Positions 60,603 through 64,000 of a stretch of 64,000 nt of DNA are shown here, piece after piece; position 1 is the stretch's first letter, and every line of letters begins with the position of its first letter. The stretch lies in assembly GCA_904063045.1 (NCBI GenBank), contig CAJFCJ010000020.1, forward strand, positions 1,356,916 to 1,420,915, in the 5' to 3' direction. Both the position numbers and the translations under genes were made by a program. Below the pieces are notes generated by a model. It worked only from the letters and a program-made list of their open reading frames with translations. It had not been told where the DNA came from and ran no database searches. The DNA comes from Dimorphilus gyrociliatus (Eukaryota > Animalia > Annelida).

Positions 60603-61211
60603 TTATGGTGTTTCCCCATAAACGTCTATTTCAGTATCGGAAGCTGCATCATTTAACTCTAAAACTACAGTTGACGAAGGACATTCATCAATTGATGTTG
60701 TTCGAATTTCTATATTTTCACGTTGGCGAGGCGATATAAAGCATGTTTCTTCCGTTTGTTCATCTAAATCTTCAAAACTTGAAAGCTGGTTTGGTTCTGA
60801 TAAAGCTACTCTTGCATTTTTAACAACTCTTCCATCAGTCCCTCGAAATTCAGCTAATTTATTCGTCGTATTCAACTGAAAAGCAACAAAAAAAACAAAA
60901 TTTAATGAATATTCCCGAATAGAGAGATTTGTTTCAATTGATGAAAATAAAGATAATCTTACAAGTTGTAATTGCCTCTCTCTCTTTCTAACGAATGCCA
61001 TCTCCTTTAGATAAACATTTAGCTTTCTATCAATCTTATTTTTACGAATGTGGGATGCAATCATCATAATCATTGAACAGGCGTATAGCAAAATAACAAC
61101 AACAACGTAGTAGAGAGCTCCGACGTCGTCATGTTCCTCATTCTTTTTTTTGTTGATGAATTTAGCGACGAAGGTAGAATTCCCTCTTGGTTCTATTTCG
61201 AATTCTATCAT
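60603..61211 (-). CDS. KCNE/MinK-like single-pass membrane protein, copy B
   Basis: NST sequon, then GALYYVVVVILLYACSMIMMIASHIRKNKIDRKLNVYLKE. Probable intron 60876-60962. Confidence 0.65.
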   Translation of the reverse strand: MIEFEIEPRGNSTFVAKFINKKKNEEHDDVGALYYVVVVILLYACSMIMMIASHIRKNKIDRKLNVYLKEMAFVRKRERQLQLVRLSLFSSIETNLSIREYSLNFVFFVAFQLNTTNKLAEFRGTDGRVVKNARVALSEPNQLSSFEDLDEQTEETCFISPRQRENIEIRTTSIDECPSSTVVLELNDAASDTEIDVYGETP

Positions 61212-62940
61212 AGAAAAGGCCTTATGCGGCGATATCGGGACTGAAAAAAGTGATGCAGAAAAAAGGGCTCATAAAAGGGTGTAATTTCATTACTTTACAC
61301 AGCTTATTAACATCCTTTAGCTAAATAAATTTAATCAGCCTATCTTTTTACAACCAAACAGAAAGTTCTATTTGCAAATTTTTAACTTAGGTCTTAAAAA
61401 AAACAACTAATTTAAACCTGAAAACGCTCCCGCCGTTCTCTTCCAGAATCTAATATAAAACTAAACATAAGATAACTTTATATAGCTGTAGAAAACACGT
61501 AAACTATGCCAATAGGAATACATTTCTGTTTTCACGTTCAGATTGTTTCTTACAGTTTTTGTAATTTACTTAAAATCTATTCACATTTTCCTCAAATCAT
61601 ATTAGAGAGTCTTTTAAGATACTTTTACCAGAGAGATGCTTATTTATTAGCCTTAGTTAAACTCACTTTTCCCTACTATGTTATACGTTTTAGTATACTT
61701 GTTATTTGTGTCGTCGAGATAGATTTTCTATCCTCTTATAGAAGAGAAACTTGGTCAATTTGTCCCAAAGTTTATAATGTATTGTATTTTACTATTTGAA
61801 GGGCAAACTATGAAAATACATTAAATTGCACCTTACCTGGAAAGTTGTTTGATATTTAAAATAGACTTTATTGCTATCGACTATATAGATTTGCAAGAAG
61901 AGTAAATTGAGAGAGGAAAGCAGATTGTCTTTCCTGGATATGAAAGCCAGATGACGTAACCTTACAAGGCTATTTATAGAGGTTATCCACCTAATACAGC
62001 GTCTATATAGTCTACTCTAAAGGCGTTCTCTAGATACAAACTATTTTGTATTCCCTTCAACAAAAACATTTTTCTAATTTAATTTTTCTTTTATCGATAA
62101 ATAAATGAAATAAAATATAAGATAAAAAATAACACTATGACAAACTAACCTGTAAACAAATCTACTAAGATGAGTACTGTTGGAAAACATTTAATTCATA
62201 TAATATGAATTAAACGAATTCGTTTCATATTCAACTTTTAAGTATAATTGATTTCGTTTTTCTTTCTTACTTTTCAAAGAAAGAAATAATTGAAATAAAG
62301 TTTTTCTTCTTATTAAATCTTAGTAACGACCTCGTGCAGATTATTTTCAATTTCATTATACAACATCGATTAATCGCTATCTTAGTTGATTATTTAAGCT
62401 TCTCTCAAAGGACTCGCAAACGCTTTTTTCTTGAAAATTTTACCTCAGAACTTCGTTTTTCGAAACACATATCACAATTAACATTTATCAATCGTGATAA
62501 GTATTAATAGCTGACATTTCTTAACCTCATATCTCTCTTGTCGCAATCGTTTTAATATACTTCTTATGATTAATTGATATAAATTTACTTTCTATATCTT
62601 GCATTACTTGGAAAGATTTTCTATGCGATTAACAAGCTAATGACAATCTATTAAATCTGTTCAATCTATTTTACACCTTTGTCAATCTATTAGATCATTT
62701 CTTTCGTATATTTAACGAAGAGCAAGAGAACTTACCGAAACAAACTTATTCGGTGAAGCAGGCCATAATAAACTATATCTATATCTGTAATTAAATAAAT
62801 AGTAATTAATTGAGATAATACATAATGATGTTTCACTCTTACCATCATTTTAAACTGATAATGAACACGGATTACTTGTAATACTAGATGATAGAGATAG
62901 AACAATGAAGGGAGATCAAGATAGATGAGTAAGTAGAGGC

Positions 62941-62970
62941 AGAGAGAGAGCGAGAGAGAGAGAGAGAGAG
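62941..62970. repeat. (GA)n microsatellite within a longer purine-rich tract extending to about 63040
   Basis: Directly visible. Confidence 0.9.
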
Positions 62971-64000
62971 ACAGAAAGAAATAGACAGATTGAAGGACAG
63001 ATAGGCAGATAGAGGGAGGAACGGAGAAAAGAAAGAAGGCAAACTACAAGACACAAAGGAGAATGCTTATTTGTTGTCGAAACGGAAACACGTTTATAAA
63101 ACACCGTTAAAAGAATGAAATATTCTAACAAAATATCCAATAAATACGACAGTCATGAAAATTCTTCATATAGCAGAAGCTTTATAGGAAATGAATGGCA
63201 ATCAACAGAGAGCTGTCATGTTTTACTCGCATAGATAATTCCAAGAAAGATACGAATACTAAATTTGCATCATTCTTTTAAACAAGAAGACACTACAGCT
63301 GATACTTATATTCACAAATTTGATAGTTTCTCTTATGAAGAGTTTAAATTTCGCAAAAATAATTACTTCTTAAGTTAAACTTGAAGTAGAGAAACGAGAA
63401 AACAAAGATTTTGCATTTTCTTCTCTAAGGCGTGGTACGAAATTATTGTTTGAACATGAAGCTAGTTATATATACTGTATATACAGTATATTAATTTATA
63501 TGCATGCATATAGCCTATATAGTCTTTTGTTTTCGTGATATCTTACAGAAAATTAGCTTCCTTTCACTCCTTGTAGGGTTTCTTAGTTACTCACTTTACT
63601 TTAATACATAATACGAAAGCTTAATTAAAGTACAAAGTGAGAGAGAAAGAGAGTAAAATTTATCATTGAGGATATTTTCATATTGTAAAAGACTACGGGA
63701 GTGAATGATTTTATTATAAGATTTCTTATATCTGCTAAAATTGACCATGAAAACTTTCATGAGCGATATTAGCACTCCCGCCTATTAATAGTATGTTGGC
63801 AAGATTAGACTGTAAAAGGAAGGATATGGGTACTGGATTGGCAGTTAATTGTGGTACATGAATACGTGTGAACGGATGAAGATAGGAACTTTTAGCATTC
63901 AGTAAATAACAATAAATATCATAGAAAACAAGTAAACTAACTAGTCAATAAAACTAATAAACACTTAAGATTAATTTATATACTTCACTTTACCTTGCCT

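Noticed and set aside
63470-63512. 22-bp and 16-bp perfect palindromes (possible MITE or hairpin)
   Set aside because: They are built from low-complexity TA-rich units, with no TIR/TSD structure or second copy.
1-64000. tRNA, rRNA, snoRNA, CRISPR arrays, transposases and prokaryotic defence systems
   Set aside because: None was recognisable by eye and the sequence is clearly intron-containing animal DNA. An Infernal/tRNAscan run would be needed to exclude small RNAs.

Overview
AT-rich eukaryotic (animal) genomic DNA with extreme compaction: about 29 protein-coding genes in 64 kb, most introns about 45-70 nt, and many head-to-head and tail-to-tail gene pairs. The gene content and intron size suggest a miniaturised invertebrate, probably lophotrochozoan/annelid-like (inference). 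Genes in order: SLC5 transporter, ADAM10-like protease, METTL24-like locus, PREB/SEC12, PRMT7, SSR3, GAS8/DRC4, PTPA, AHSA1, SLC22, UBL7, calaxin-like, kinesin-3 (KIF28-like), COMMD10, IQGAP, RPL39, NSE3/MAGE, FAM81, DECR2, a tiny PRD-class homeobox gene, IDH3A, RBM8A, an orphan 10-exon gene, WDR90, ZIP8/14, B-box/NHL TRIM-like, a tentative small membrane ORF and two KCNE-like paralogs. Several of these are absent from the ORF track and were assembled by hand from splice sites. Best leads: (1) an inverted pair of KCNE/MinK-like single-pass membrane proteins; (2) a textbook U12 AT-AC intron in the kinesin; (3) a probable tandem two-domain METTL24-like protein with a degenerate first domain; (4) a 78-aa eh1+homeodomain microprotein with unusual splicing; (5) a repeated AGATGGCGTT motif in divergent promoters. 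I saw no tRNA, rRNA, CRISPR array or transposase. All exon models are manual, without RNA data or database searches.
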